A stretch of 64,000 bases of DNA from a virus. Lineage: Duplodnaviria > Heunggongvirae > Uroviricota > Caudoviricetes. The stretch is from the IMG/VR virus record IMGVR_UViG_3300002026_000032, positions 16,351 to 80,350 of that record; one strand, given 5' to 3'. The notes below the pieces were generated by a model. It saw nothing but the letters and a program-made list of their open reading frames with translations. It had not been told where the DNA came from and searched no databases. This document shows, in pieces, positions 45,512 through 55,523 of the stretch. Position 1 is the first letter of the stretch. Every line of letters begins with the position of its first letter. A program made the translations under genes and the position numbers.

Positions 45512-46604
45512 ATGCAGCCTTTAATGCCGAGCCGACATTTTCATTATCTATGTTATTTTTAACCCACTTGCTGTAGTGGTCGTCATTAAATTCTTCCTCT
45601 GCTATAGTTAATAACTCAGGATTGTCATGTGTAAATAACTGACTAAGTAATGACACTTTAGCATTATTAATCCGATCCACCGATCCATCGGTCGTCATAT
45701 TCAGAGCCCGACAAAACAATCGGAATAGGTCATGATTGATTTTCATATTATCAGATAAATATCTTACGATTTTATCTGGATCAATGTTTACATCTTCATT
45801 CTTGATTACACCTTTAAGTAAATTAATCTTATGTGTATCATGTATTACATCACCAAATACTTTACCAATATCTCTGGATATGTAATCAGATTCGTTCTTA
45901 TCTATGATATCAAATACTTCATTCCTATTCTGTTCTTTACTACCACTGATTGCATTTGATTTATCATATGAACCACCCCTTACCATTTTATCTCTTAATT
46001 TCTTTGGTTCTTTATACGCCATAGCATCTCGCCATGAAATTGGTATTAGTAATGATGGATTATAACACACACCATACTTACCAAATTCAGAACTGTTCGC
46101 AAATATACCATTGACTAATTTTCGAAATATCTTAGAATTGAATAATGATTTAGATAGATAATCAACTACTTCCTTTTTAATAACTCGATCGCTCATCTCA
46201 TATTTTTTCATATGAATAAAGAAGTTGTCATTCATTATCCGATTTATATCAACTCGATGTCTATCAGCAATTGATATAAGCTGATCAACGACTAAATAAT
46301 CATTACCATAAACTGTCTTTGCTGTATCGATATCCAATATTATAAAGTCGATCAATGATATTTTAGCTTTGATTTGATATCTACCTAAATCTTCATTGAT
46401 TAAACTACGTTTAAATGAATCAAAAAAGTATACGCCATTACCAGCAGTCGCAGCCATACTCTTTCCAGCATCATTGGCATGAAACCCTTTACCAAATTTA
46501 TCTGGGTTGACTGGAGTTCTGTGATATACAATTGCCGAATTTCCAAAAACATTCTCAGTTAGAATTCCGCTCAGTTCACTATCTAATAATCTTCTAATAC
46601 TCAA
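45498..46604 (-). CDS. hypothetical protein, diverged tandem paralog of the 534-aa gene; non-ATG (TTG) start
   Basis: 368 aa; its N-terminus LSIRRLLDSELSG aligns with VSIKLLLETSLLA of the upstream paralog; no in-frame ATG after the upstream stop. Confidence 0.5.
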   Translation of the reverse strand: MSIRRLLDSELSGILTENVFGNSAIVYHRTPVNPDKFGKGFHANDAGKSMAATAGNGVYFFDSFKRSLINEDLGRYQIKAKISLIDFIILDIDTAKTVYGNDYLVVDQLISIADRHRVDINRIMNDNFFIHMKKYEMSDRVIKKEVVDYLSKSLFNSKIFRKLVNGIFANSSEFGKYGVCYNPSLLIPISWRDAMAYKEPKKLRDKMVRGGSYDKSNAISGSKEQNRNEVFDIIDKNESDYISRDIGKVFGDVIHDTHKINLLKGVIKNEDVNIDPDKIVRYLSDNMKINHDLFRLFCRALNMTTDGSVDRINNAKVSLLSQLFTHDNPELLTIAEEEFNDDHYSKWVKNNIDNENVGSALKAAFGRN

Positions 46605-46616
46605 TTCATCACCTCT

Positions 46617-46815
46617 ATAATTGGAGTTTTACCATCTTTGATAATTGCACATGACTGAATCGATGATTGGAAATGACGTCCATATGCGAAAGCATATGCA
46701 GTCTCATCTATGCCGGCACCAACCTGTACTCAGCTGATTCGATCACAGCATCAATGTCTTCAGGTCTCAGCCGGGGAGCATTCAAACCTTTAGCTTGAAC
46801 CATCTTTTCAATTTC
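46617..46815. repeat. duplication junction segment: a copy of 48350-48460 fused to a copy of 45416-45505
   Basis: 68 bp identical to 48393-48460, immediately followed by 90 bp identical to 45416-45505. Confidence 0.85.
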
Positions 46816-48386
46816 ATCAGATATGATTCCGTATACTCATCACCGAATTTAATTGCTGTTGATGTAGCCCACGATTTGAATTTGTGTTGGTATTTATTCA
46901 ACAATTCATTAATAATTGATATCATGTTATTATGTTGGTTGGCGCCATGTTCTATATCAAGTAACAATTTTATTATATGTTTAGATCCAGTAAACTCAGA
47001 ATCCATCATATACCAGACAAACCTCTCAATAACTTTTGTTAGTGATTTGCTGTTTATTTTTTTTGATAATTCTATAATTACATCTGTATCAAACTTTCCA
47101 TCAGTATCTGCTATTTGATACACACATGAACCCATAATTTGACAATATGTATTGATAATTTCATCAATATCGATACCATCAATATCAAGTAATATATACG
47201 ATATAGCTTTGAGTGATTGCAGCTTATGTTTATCTGACATCTTTGATATACTATACCCATCATTCATAAATAGCACTGATGTCGACGTTATTGAGTCTGG
47301 TGATAATTTTGATATTACATGATTCATATCAAGTTTAATCTTGGCATTTTTAATTGCCATTAGTCGATCTACGTTATTAATAACCGCTAACATTTTTGAT
47401 AATATCGATCCAATTATATCAGCCGAACCATTATTTATATTCAATATTAATCCATCAATCGCATCAGCACTAAAATCTTTAATTTTCAAATTAATTGATG
47501 TTAGATCAATTAATTTATCGATGCCACCAGAATACAACCCATTATTATTAGTGCGTGGATACTTTATTTGATTACTTATAACATTTTGATCTCTACGCGA
47601 ACCCGTAATATTCTTAACCACGTCGATAACTTTATATGATTGTTTTGTGAAAAATACGCATTGTGCTGGTTCATTTGGATGTATCACTCCAGCACCATAA
47701 TCGCATATGTAATGATATCCTAACCATTTGCGCCATATATGAGTCTGTATTGTATTGGGCTCTTTCATCACATTTAACCCGGATTTATCGATATCATAAT
47801 CATCTATAAACTCAGTTCCACCATTTGCAACAGTCATTGCTATTATGTAAATGAAATAGAATAATACCCCACCATGTGTTTTATTCCGAGACCCACTCTC
47901 ACACTCCTTTAATAGATTTAATAACCCAGATCTATTTTTGGGGAATTTACTGAATATTACATCTATGCAGTCTGAATATTCGGCGTGGGATAGTTTAGTT
48001 ATATCTGGTATATGTTTAACATCGCTGTTTGATTTTATTATGTATGCAAATGGTGCTTTAATCTTAAAGTCTGCCAATTGTGTGATTGGGTATACATATA
48101 CACCAAACGGATTTGAGTAATCCTGTTTAACGTTGATACCAATTGTATTAATCGTCTGATTCGCGCTATCAGTAAAATCTTCAGAAAAATGTATAAATAT
48201 CCCATCAGTATTACCTTGGCGATACTTTTCTAAAGTATGCTCTAATGATGGATAAAATTCAGCTGAATGTTTACGTGTTTCAAACAGATTCATTTGAAAT
48301 GCTAACAGACTTGTTTCTAATAATAACTTAATACTCACTGTATAACCTCTATGATTGGTGTTATTCCATCTTTGATAATCGCACAT
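46782..48386 (-). CDS. hypothetical protein (534 aa), tandem paralog
   Basis: Long ORF; its C-terminal 12 codons are read from the duplicated 186-aa gene start in another frame. Confidence 0.6.
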   Translation of the reverse strand: MCDYQRWNNTNHRGYTVSIKLLLETSLLAFQMNLFETRKHSAEFYPSLEHTLEKYRQGNTDGIFIHFSEDFTDSANQTINTIGINVKQDYSNPFGVYVYPITQLADFKIKAPFAYIIKSNSDVKHIPDITKLSHAEYSDCIDVIFSKFPKNRSGLLNLLKECESGSRNKTHGGVLFYFIYIIAMTVANGGTEFIDDYDIDKSGLNVMKEPNTIQTHIWRKWLGYHYICDYGAGVIHPNEPAQCVFFTKQSYKVIDVVKNITGSRRDQNVISNQIKYPRTNNNGLYSGGIDKLIDLTSINLKIKDFSADAIDGLILNINNGSADIIGSILSKMLAVINNVDRLMAIKNAKIKLDMNHVISKLSPDSITSTSVLFMNDGYSISKMSDKHKLQSLKAISYILLDIDGIDIDEIINTYCQIMGSCVYQIADTDGKFDTDVIIELSKKINSKSLTKVIERFVWYMMDSEFTGSKHIIKLLLDIEHGANQHNNMISIINELLNKYQHKFKSWATSTAIKFGDEYTESYLMKLKRWFKLKV

Positions 48387-49156
48387 GATAAAATCGATGA
48401 TTGGAAATGACGTCCATATGCGAAAGCATATGCAGTCTCATCTATGCCGGCACCAACCTGAACTGCAAACAAACGCTGACGTTTATTCACAAGCCATTCT
48501 ATGTACGCTTTACTGTGTATATGACCTTGTACTACTGATCTACTCTCATGAACCATTCGAACTCTCGCAATACGACCAATTCCGTGGCAGTACATCACAT
48601 CATCAATGATCCAGTGATCATCCCATTCCCAGTTATGCACCGGGGCACCCATTTCAAGAAGAACATCTTTATTTGTTTTGACAAACTTTTGCGTTAACCC
48701 CTGTTCGAATGCTTGGCGTTGAGGGATCAGCGTGTGGTTCCCGTAACACAGTTTCATCTTAGGGAATACCTTTGCCAGCTCGGTGATCTGTGCTACAGCG
48801 TTCTCAAGCTCATGCAGTGCTGACATACCATCTGGATCTGACTTGTGTCTGGACATCGCGTGGTGATCGATTTCATCACCGAGGTGAACTACTTCATCAC
48901 ATTCATATTTATCATACATCTCTTTAAGAAATTCATGGTATCGTGGATGTGTGAATGGTGCATGAGTATCACCAATAGCTAGGACCGTTTTGGTTCGAAC
49001 TATCTGCTTTATATTTTGACCGGAACTTTCAATTGGTTTGGCTTTACTTCCACAACGGGTGCAGCGAAAATCTTTTCTATCGGAATTCTTTCTATCATAT
49101 ACTCGCCCAACAACATCCCATGGTTGTTTACAGTCATGACAAATAATCATACACAC
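48335..49156 (-). CDS. calcineurin-like metallophosphoesterase with an N-terminal Zn-ribbon
   Basis: GDTHAP, GDEIDHH and GNHT metallophosphatase motifs; N-terminal CHDC...CTRCGS. Confidence 0.65.
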   Translation of the reverse strand: MCMIICHDCKQPWDVVGRVYDRKNSDRKDFRCTRCGSKAKPIESSGQNIKQIVRTKTVLAIGDTHAPFTHPRYHEFLKEMYDKYECDEVVHLGDEIDHHAMSRHKSDPDGMSALHELENAVAQITELAKVFPKMKLCYGNHTLIPQRQAFEQGLTQKFVKTNKDVLLEMGAPVHNWEWDDHWIIDDVMYCHGIGRIARVRMVHESRSVVQGHIHSKAYIEWLVNKRQRLFAVQVGAGIDETAYAFAYGRHFQSSILSCAIIKDGITPIIEVIQ

Positions 49157-49233
49157 TCCAACTAAAGAATTGGTAACCTTCTGTATATCTATTTATAAGA
49201 AAGGCTAACATATTTCTGTTAGCCAACTTGTTA

Positions 49234-49590
49234 TCAACATTTAAAATGTCTTCTATTAACATGTATGAGTTCGTGATCAGTGGTGATGAAATATCCCCAG
49301 TTGTCAGCAGTCATTGTTGGGTGTTTAACCCCATCAAATATTAAACTATCATCTTCCTCATTGATCGGATCTATCAGTATATGTTCACTGAAGACCGCAG
49401 TCTCTGGTGGTATCACCGATATTGGTTCAGTGACATATGTTATGGAAGCTTTATCAAATTCCAGAATCTCGCCGCGATTTGTTTCATACTTATGAAATTT
49501 ATCAGTCTGGAGATCTGGTCGATACTTACCTGTAAACGATGTCACTCTACCTTGCTCATGAACTTGTATCAGATGCATGTGTCTGACCAC
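49234..49590 (-). CDS. hypothetical protein
   Basis: 118-aa ORF. Confidence 0.5.
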   Translation of the reverse strand: MVRHMHLIQVHEQGRVTSFTGKYRPDLQTDKFHKYETNRGEILEFDKASITYVTEPISVIPPETAVFSEHILIDPINEEDDSLIFDGVKHPTMTADNWGYFITTDHELIHVNRRHFKC

Positions 49591-49633
49591 CGCTTACATC
49601 CTGCGCCGATAACAATGTTCCATCTAATTGGTT

Positions 49634-49843
49634 TCATTCTTCCTCCTCGTACTTCATTATGTATCTCCGATACCAAACCTTTAAAAACCAGATACTTGGA
49701 TTGTGGTCATGTGTCTTATGATATTCTTTACACACGTCACACCGCTTGACCGTTTTATCATTCTTACATTTCGGACAAATACCAATACATAATCTGAACA
49801 GTCCCACAATTTTGTATATCATGTATCGAAACATTACAATCAC
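49634..49843 (-). CDS. small Zn-finger protein
   Basis: 69 aa with CPKC...CDVC. Confidence 0.45.
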   Translation of the reverse strand: MIVMFRYMIYKIVGLFRLCIGICPKCKNDKTVKRCDVCKEYHKTHDHNPSIWFLKVWYRRYIMKYEEEE

Positions 49844-50334
49844 TTGATCATGTTGTATAGGATATTTGCATGTTTCATGACAGATTCCTTGATAATATTT
49901 TTAATTGGTCGAGCGAACAGATCCAACGCCGTATAATGATTTATGTCTTTATACTGCTCAGGTATTTGACTTACCGAATCAAACCGCTCACCGATATCTA
50001 ATAGTACAGGTCTATACATTGAATCCTGACTTTTAGCCCATACTTGAACAGCGTTAAGGTTTGGTTCATAATGAGATGGGTTATCGATGAATCGTTGTGT
50101 TGCGCCATTTTCAACACAATACTTAACCGCATCATCTATAGTATCAAACGATTTAGTCCATCGATGATCAAGCTTATCACGTCGCTTCCGTATAATATGC
50201 ACATCATACCCATTACCTGATTTGATCAGATAGATATTTACATATACATCATCACTATTTGATGGTGGTCTATCCTCCACAATTTCACCAGAATCTAATA
50301 ACTGTTTAATATCATTGTTATTAGTATCATCCAT
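49840..50334 (-). CDS. hypothetical protein
   Basis: 164-aa ORF. Confidence 0.55.
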   Translation of the reverse strand: MDDTNNNDIKQLLDSGEIVEDRPPSNSDDVYVNIYLIKSGNGYDVHIIRKRRDKLDHRWTKSFDTIDDAVKYCVENGATQRFIDNPSHYEPNLNAVQVWAKSQDSMYRPVLLDIGERFDSVSQIPEQYKDINHYTALDLFARPIKNIIKESVMKHANILYNMIK

Positions 50335-50367
50335 GAGAAGTCCCTTATGTTAAAGTTTTACTAATAT

Positions 50368-51081
50368 TTATAATGGGAAGTCCTCATCATCTGAATCCCA
50401 CCGGATATCGCCATCAACTGGATCACATTCAGTTTCAATGAACTTTTCAACCGACATACCAAATAAAAGTTCCTCGGCGTACGGTAATCGTTCGATACAA
50501 TCACAGATGAGCTGCCATTCAGGGAGTCTGTGTTTCTTACGGTACTTGTAGAGATTCCGGAGAGCTTGATAGCTGAATACCTTTTCACGACCTTGTATCC
50601 AACCTTCAGGTAATGCTTGTTTTAGTTTCCATACAGCAACATCACGATCAATATGGTTTACAGCCAACTGATCCCGTATGCTCTCAGCATATCGATAATA
50701 GAACTCGATTACACAGGCATCAGTGCCAGTGGTGAAGTAATCAACAAATTCATCATAATCAATTTTAGTCTGCTTCATCAGCGTGTACATGGTTGATTCA
50801 CTACTAATTGGTGACACACCCACGGTGTATGTATCTAACTCCGAATGGATGTAACGGGGCATTTCATAATGCAGCCATGCCATGATACCTCTCTGGAACT
50901 TTCCATGTACCGGGCCTTTGCTAATTAGGCTGTGTGCTCTAATATGATCCTTTAATCCGATAACAATTTTCCCATCATCCATGGTATGGCTATCGGATGG
51001 ACTTTGAGTTGGGAACTTCATACCTTTAAGTGCTGGAATAATCCCAGCAACTTCATCAACATTACAAAACGGTTTACTCAT
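50368..51081 (-). CDS. hypothetical protein
   Basis: 237-aa ORF; no family recognised with confidence. Confidence 0.55.
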   Translation of the reverse strand: MSKPFCNVDEVAGIIPALKGMKFPTQSPSDSHTMDDGKIVIGLKDHIRAHSLISKGPVHGKFQRGIMAWLHYEMPRYIHSELDTYTVGVSPISSESTMYTLMKQTKIDYDEFVDYFTTGTDACVIEFYYRYAESIRDQLAVNHIDRDVAVWKLKQALPEGWIQGREKVFSYQALRNLYKYRKKHRLPEWQLICDCIERLPYAEELLFGMSVEKFIETECDPVDGDIRWDSDDEDFPL

Positions 51082-51194
51082 TTGGTATCTCCTTTTAAGT
51101 TTTATGGAATATACATCTTGGGTTAAAATAAAACAAATATTGCTTTTAAATTCACCCAGAGATATATTTGAGTAAATTTTACGGAAGGATTATT

Positions 51195-52667
51195 ATGAAA
51201 TTGACAGATGAACAGCAAGCGATCATAGATTACTCAGGTGATTTGAAAGTCATAGCTACAGCTGGTTCAGGAAAAAGCTCAACCGCAGTTGAATATGCCA
51301 AGGCTCGCCCGAATAAAAAGTTCCTCTATATCGTATTCAACAAATCTGCACGAGAGGATGCTGAAATGAAGTTTGCTAAGAATGGCTGTAAACATGTCAA
51401 GATTGTCACTGCCCACTCATTGGCGTATAACCGAATCATTCCTAAGTATAATTATAAAGTTACACAGAGTCATAACCTTATGGACTTGGTACTGAGATTC
51501 AAGTTGAAGCCATCGGTTGATTCATTCGCATTGATTCAGCAAAGTTTAGGGTTGCTTGAAAATTATTATAATTCAGCTCATCTAACTTTAAAGAGTTATG
51601 TTGAAGATGTCTTTGCATCCAATACCTTCAGAAATATGTTCATGGCACGGAATAGCACTGATGTGTTTCGGTTTGCCAATCTGCTTCATACCATGATGGA
51701 TGAAGGGAAGCTTGACTGTACACACTCATTCTACTTAAAGAAGTTTCAATTGGATGATCCCGAGCTTAAAGGGTATGATTATATCATCTATGATGAATTT
51801 CAAGATACCAATGCACCAATGGTAAGTGTGTTTCTAAATCAGGATGCTACAAGGATTTGTCTTGGTGACCCAAGTCAGCAAATTTACAGTTGGAGGGGTA
51901 GCATAAATAGCTTAGATATTGTTGACTTTCCTGAGTTCCCATTGACTGCTTCATTCCGTTTCAATCAAGAGATTGCTGATATGGCCAACCGAGCTCTGGA
52001 TCTGAAGAAAGTGTTTAATGATAAACATCATCATTACCCAATCCGCGGGTTTGGTAATCATGAAGATGAACCGAAGCATATCGCATATGTCGGGCGAAAG
52101 AATGCAAGTCTTCTCGATCGAGCATTCAGCACGATCAACAAGACGACAAACATCTATTTTGAAGGTGGATTAACTTCATACACATTCATGGAAGGGACTG
52201 GTTTGTTTGATGTGTATAATCTGATCATGGGTAAGCGTGATAAAATTATGTCACCAATGTTGAAGCACATAAAGAACCCAACAGAGCTGGCTGAATATAT
52301 TGAGAGTTCCGGTGATGCTAACCTTGCTACGCTTGTTGGGATTGTGAATAAGTTCAGACAAGATGTCCCGAACATGTATTTCAAACTGAAAGAGTCGGCA
52401 CTCCCCCTGGAACGGAAAAGTCAGGCTGAAGTGATATTTACCACGACTCATAAATCTAAAGGGCTTGAATACGATCGCGTGATTGTGGTTGATGATTTCT
52501 ATAAAGAAAATGATTTACATGAGCTCGTCATCTCAGGTAATGAAGGTGGTGTGAATATGAATGAAGAGGTCAACTTGCTGTATGTTGCGATCACCCGCGG
52601 ATTGAAAGGTGTTTCATATGCACCATTTGGGTCTGCTGGTGATACTTCTGAGCCAATCAAACCATAG
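51195..52667 (+). CDS. UvrD/Rep/PcrA-like superfamily-1 DNA helicase
   Basis: Walker A ATAGSGKSST; motif II YDEFQDTN (UvrD has VDEFQDTN); motif V/VI FTTTHKSKGLEYDRVIVV; start re-set to the ATG at 51195, which follows GGAAGGA. Confidence 0.75.
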   Translation: MKLTDEQQAIIDYSGDLKVIATAGSGKSSTAVEYAKARPNKKFLYIVFNKSAREDAEMKFAKNGCKHVKIVTAHSLAYNRIIPKYNYKVTQSHNLMDLVLRFKLKPSVDSFALIQQSLGLLENYYNSAHLTLKSYVEDVFASNTFRNMFMARNSTDVFRFANLLHTMMDEGKLDCTHSFYLKKFQLDDPELKGYDYIIYDEFQDTNAPMVSVFLNQDATRICLGDPSQQIYSWRGSINSLDIVDFPEFPLTASFRFNQEIADMANRALDLKKVFNDKHHHYPIRGFGNHEDEPKHIAYVGRKNASLLDRAFSTINKTTNIYFEGGLTSYTFMEGTGLFDVYNLIMGKRDKIMSPMLKHIKNPTELAEYIESSGDANLATLVGIVNKFRQDVPNMYFKLKESALPLERKSQAEVIFTTTHKSKGLEYDRVIVVDDFYKENDLHELVISGNEGGVNMNEEVNLLYVAITRGLKGVSYAPFGSAGDTSEPIKP

Positions 52668-52726
52668 ATATGTGTATCTCCTATAAATTGTAGTAAGCAT
52701 GTTAAACTATCAACTACGGAGATTTC

Positions 52727-53179
52727 ATGTCAATACGAAGTGTATTAAATGAATCCAACCAGTTATTTGAAGATCTCTATGGTCAGGTTCCAGTTGTTGT
52801 CAATGGTGAACAGCGGAAGATCCCTGTGTATGGAAGTCCTAATCAGTTTGAACTTGGTCGATTGAGTCGTATATCAAATCCAATTCGAATCGGTATCACT
52901 CTTCCGGGTGCAGTCTATTCGTGGACTGGTGTAACTCAGAACCCAATTGAGCATGATAAGAACTTGCACCTACATTTCGACTTAGTTTTCATATGGAAAT
53001 ATGATGACAGTGGAATTGCTGTTGCGGATCTATCTCACATTGGTATTAGCGAGTTCTCAAATAAATTCTACGCTGATCCAGATCATGTGATGGATTTGTT
53101 GAGTCGGGTTGATCCGGATATCAATTCGGTGAAAATTGGTACCAAAGTGTACACCAATCAAACAAAAAAGGTTGCCTAA
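52727..53179 (+). CDS. hypothetical protein
   Basis: 150 aa, co-transcribed with the helicase. Confidence 0.5.
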   Translation: MSIRSVLNESNQLFEDLYGQVPVVVNGEQRKIPVYGSPNQFELGRLSRISNPIRIGITLPGAVYSWTGVTQNPIEHDKNLHLHFDLVFIWKYDDSGIAVADLSHIGISEFSNKFYADPDHVMDLLSRVDPDINSVKIGTKVYTNQTKKVA

Positions 53180-53196
53180 CGGCAACCTTTTTATTC
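53163..53196. terminator. bidirectional rho-independent terminator
   Basis: AAAAAAGGTTGCC-TAAC-GGCAACCTTTTTATT: a 9-bp stem flanked by A-runs and T-runs. Confidence 0.75.
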
Positions 53197-53904
53197 TACA
53201 GATTTTCTAAACATATCGATATACGCATCAATCAGATGGTACTTGAACGGTCCCGATAATGGAGTTGATGGCTCCAGGTTGTACACATCACCGATATGCT
53301 CATATCCCATAACTTTAAATGGAACTCGAACAATTGGATCTTTGGGGTTCGTTGCTCGACTAAGATAATCAAACAACCCATTAACAGTCTTTACTGATTT
53401 ATTGGTTAACACTCTCGGTGATCCAATTGTGTATCCAGAGATGTTTGATTCAGGAAACTCATCCAAGCAATCAATCATAGCCAGAGTTGCTAATGCACCA
53501 CCTAGACTGTGACCGACCATGGTTATCCGATCACCGATATGAATGCATCGATGAAGTTCATCAATCAGGTGGTCTCGTATCGATGTGTAAGCTAAATTGA
53601 ATCCACCATGGACTCGAAGATCCGGTAGTGTTGTAAACTTAAAAGTAACCGGCGCCACTAACAAATCGATAAGGAGATCGGTGAATTCCTTGGTTGGTTT
53701 GAAAACCACCACAACTTTGTTTGATCCGATCTTCTTGACAACCCACACAGTGGTTGATGTTTCCGTGTGATCAATTCTCCTGATTATTGAATATCCATAC
53801 CCATCAACATCAAATCGATCACCGGTTAGCAACTCATCATTACATAATACTTTGTTAATCCTTGCATATCTATGAAACTTCTTCAAGACCACAAGTCTGT
53901 TCAT
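53191..53904 (-). CDS. alpha/beta-hydrolase, class-3 lipase/esterase
   Basis: GHSLGGALA nucleophile elbow; context typical of the Lipase_3 family. Confidence 0.65.
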   Translation of the reverse strand: MNRLVVLKKFHRYARINKVLCNDELLTGDRFDVDGYGYSIIRRIDHTETSTTVWVVKKIGSNKVVVVFKPTKEFTDLLIDLLVAPVTFKFTTLPDLRVHGGFNLAYTSIRDHLIDELHRCIHIGDRITMVGHSLGGALATLAMIDCLDEFPESNISGYTIGSPRVLTNKSVKTVNGLFDYLSRATNPKDPIVRVPFKVMGYEHIGDVYNLEPSTPLSGPFKYHLIDAYIDMFRKSVE

Positions 53905-53905
53905 G

Positions 53906-54973
53906 TTACACCCCTACATTGATATTATATTTCACTCTCAATGTATCCATGGACTCCTTCGAATCAATGGTTCCATTGATTGAAATCTTTTCCATGTCTG
54001 AATGTAATTTGCTATATAAAATGATCTGTTGTTCTTGTTTCATATCTCTGAGCATTCGTTCAATCTTATGCTCGATTCGTCTGCGCTCTTTAATTGCAGC
54101 ACCAATAACCTCAGCCAAATAACGATTGAGAACCCCAGTCTTCATTGCAATAAGAACTGATTCCCGCTCAACATCACGCGATACTATTTCTGATGTGTAT
54201 CGATCATCCATAAAGCTGATGTGCTCTAAGAACAATCCATTAACCAACTCATCGATGTATTCATTGAAATCTGCACCCTGTGATGGATCCGGGATGTGAT
54301 TGTTATTCAATGCATATCTAATACCAGATTTAATATTGATATTGAATGACAGCTCAATCAGATTGAGATAGTTTTTATAGTCATCATGTTGTGAAATTGC
54401 ACCTGTGTAATCAGATGGGAGATTTGGTTTCAATAAGGTGCCATACTCTGCGGTGAAATACGCAATGATTTTTCTGAAGCCTCGTTCAACTTTATTCATT
54501 TGATATAAGGTCGTTGTGATCAGTTCATCTATTGTCATCTGACGAATCACATCATAGGTGATCTGATTGTAAAGCACAACTTCATGCTCAGATAAAATTG
54601 CTTTCTTGTGGTGATCGTCATGAAAGGTTTTATATAAGCAGTCATTTGGTGAACATGTTGATTGTGGTTCACATGTTGGTTCTTCGATGTGCACAACCGG
54701 GAGTTCTGGAGTCTGTGGATTTTCTGACTGTGTGATTTCATCCTCAACTTTGGATCGTCTTTGGAAACTATATCCAGGAAGCAATCTACCTTCAACTGAG
54801 AAGAATTTTATATCAAAGAAATGATTGAGGATCAGTAACAATATAACCGTTAACACAATTGATGATACGAAGAATACTATGGCAGCCGGATCGTGTGCAA
54901 TCGCGATCATTGAATTTACCCATGTATCAATTGGGAATGTATGAGTTTGTGATGTTGTAGCAGTATCCGGCAT
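53906..54973 (-). CDS. membrane-anchored hypothetical protein
   Basis: 355 aa; N-terminal TM helix; a possible TATAAATA late-promoter motif lies about 60 nt upstream at 55035-55042. Confidence 0.55.
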   Translation of the reverse strand: MPDTATTSQTHTFPIDTWVNSMIAIAHDPAAIVFFVSSIVLTVILLLILNHFFDIKFFSVEGRLLPGYSFQRRSKVEDEITQSENPQTPELPVVHIEEPTCEPQSTCSPNDCLYKTFHDDHHKKAILSEHEVVLYNQITYDVIRQMTIDELITTTLYQMNKVERGFRKIIAYFTAEYGTLLKPNLPSDYTGAISQHDDYKNYLNLIELSFNINIKSGIRYALNNNHIPDPSQGADFNEYIDELVNGLFLEHISFMDDRYTSEIVSRDVERESVLIAMKTGVLNRYLAEVIGAAIKERRRIEHKIERMLRDMKQEQQIILYSKLHSDMEKISINGTIDSKESMDTLRVKYNINVGV

Positions 54974-55049
54974 TTTATCCTCTTATATTTTATAGTGTTT
55001 ATGTGTGGGAACTAACCCCACACATCTACACTTATTTATAAGAGTACAT

Positions 55050-55523
55050 TCATATTCTGAACTTAGTAGTTAGATCACCCAAAGTAAAATGAGTTAACCG
55101 CTGATTTGTGTTAACACTGTCCAATCCACCAAGAGATTCAACATATGGCCCAGTTTTTATTGCATCAATTAGCTTTTGTTCAACCCATCTATTAACATGA
55201 TCTGACTCAAGAAACTCATGATTATTTCCTGTATATAAGACAGTCTCTAAATTATATTCCTTAACTACTTTGAATAATTCATCAAATGAATTATATCTAC
55301 CACCACAGCCAAGAAAGCATACAGCATCCAACTGTTTACAAAAATTATTATAAAGAATTAATTTATGTAATGTAGTTGGGGTCAACACCACACCAACATC
55401 ATCCCTCAGTTCTGGAGAATGGCACCCATCACATCTGAATGGGCACCCAGAAATCTGTATGGTTAATGATGTTTTTCCCGGATATTCAGTAAATGTTACT
55501 TTAGATCCAGTGAATCTAATCAT
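55050..55523 (-). CDS. nrdG: anaerobic ribonucleotide reductase activating protein (radical SAM)
   Basis: CPFRCDGC (CxxxCxxC) cluster near the N-terminus; about 157 aa; overlaps the nrdD stop. Confidence 0.8.
   Translation of the reverse strand: MIRFTGSKVTFTEYPGKTSLTIQISGCPFRCDGCHSPELRDDVGVVLTPTTLHKLILYNNFCKQLDAVCFLGCGGRYNSFDELFKVVKEYNLETVLYTGNNHEFLESDHVNRWVEQKLIDAIKTGPYVESLGGLDSVNTNQRLTHFTLGDLTTKFRI

Noticed and set aside
50368-51081. ThyX / dCMP-hydroxymethylase identity for the 237-aa protein
   Set aside because: The ThyX RHRxxxxxxxS motif and the gp42 signature are both absent, so I left it as hypothetical.
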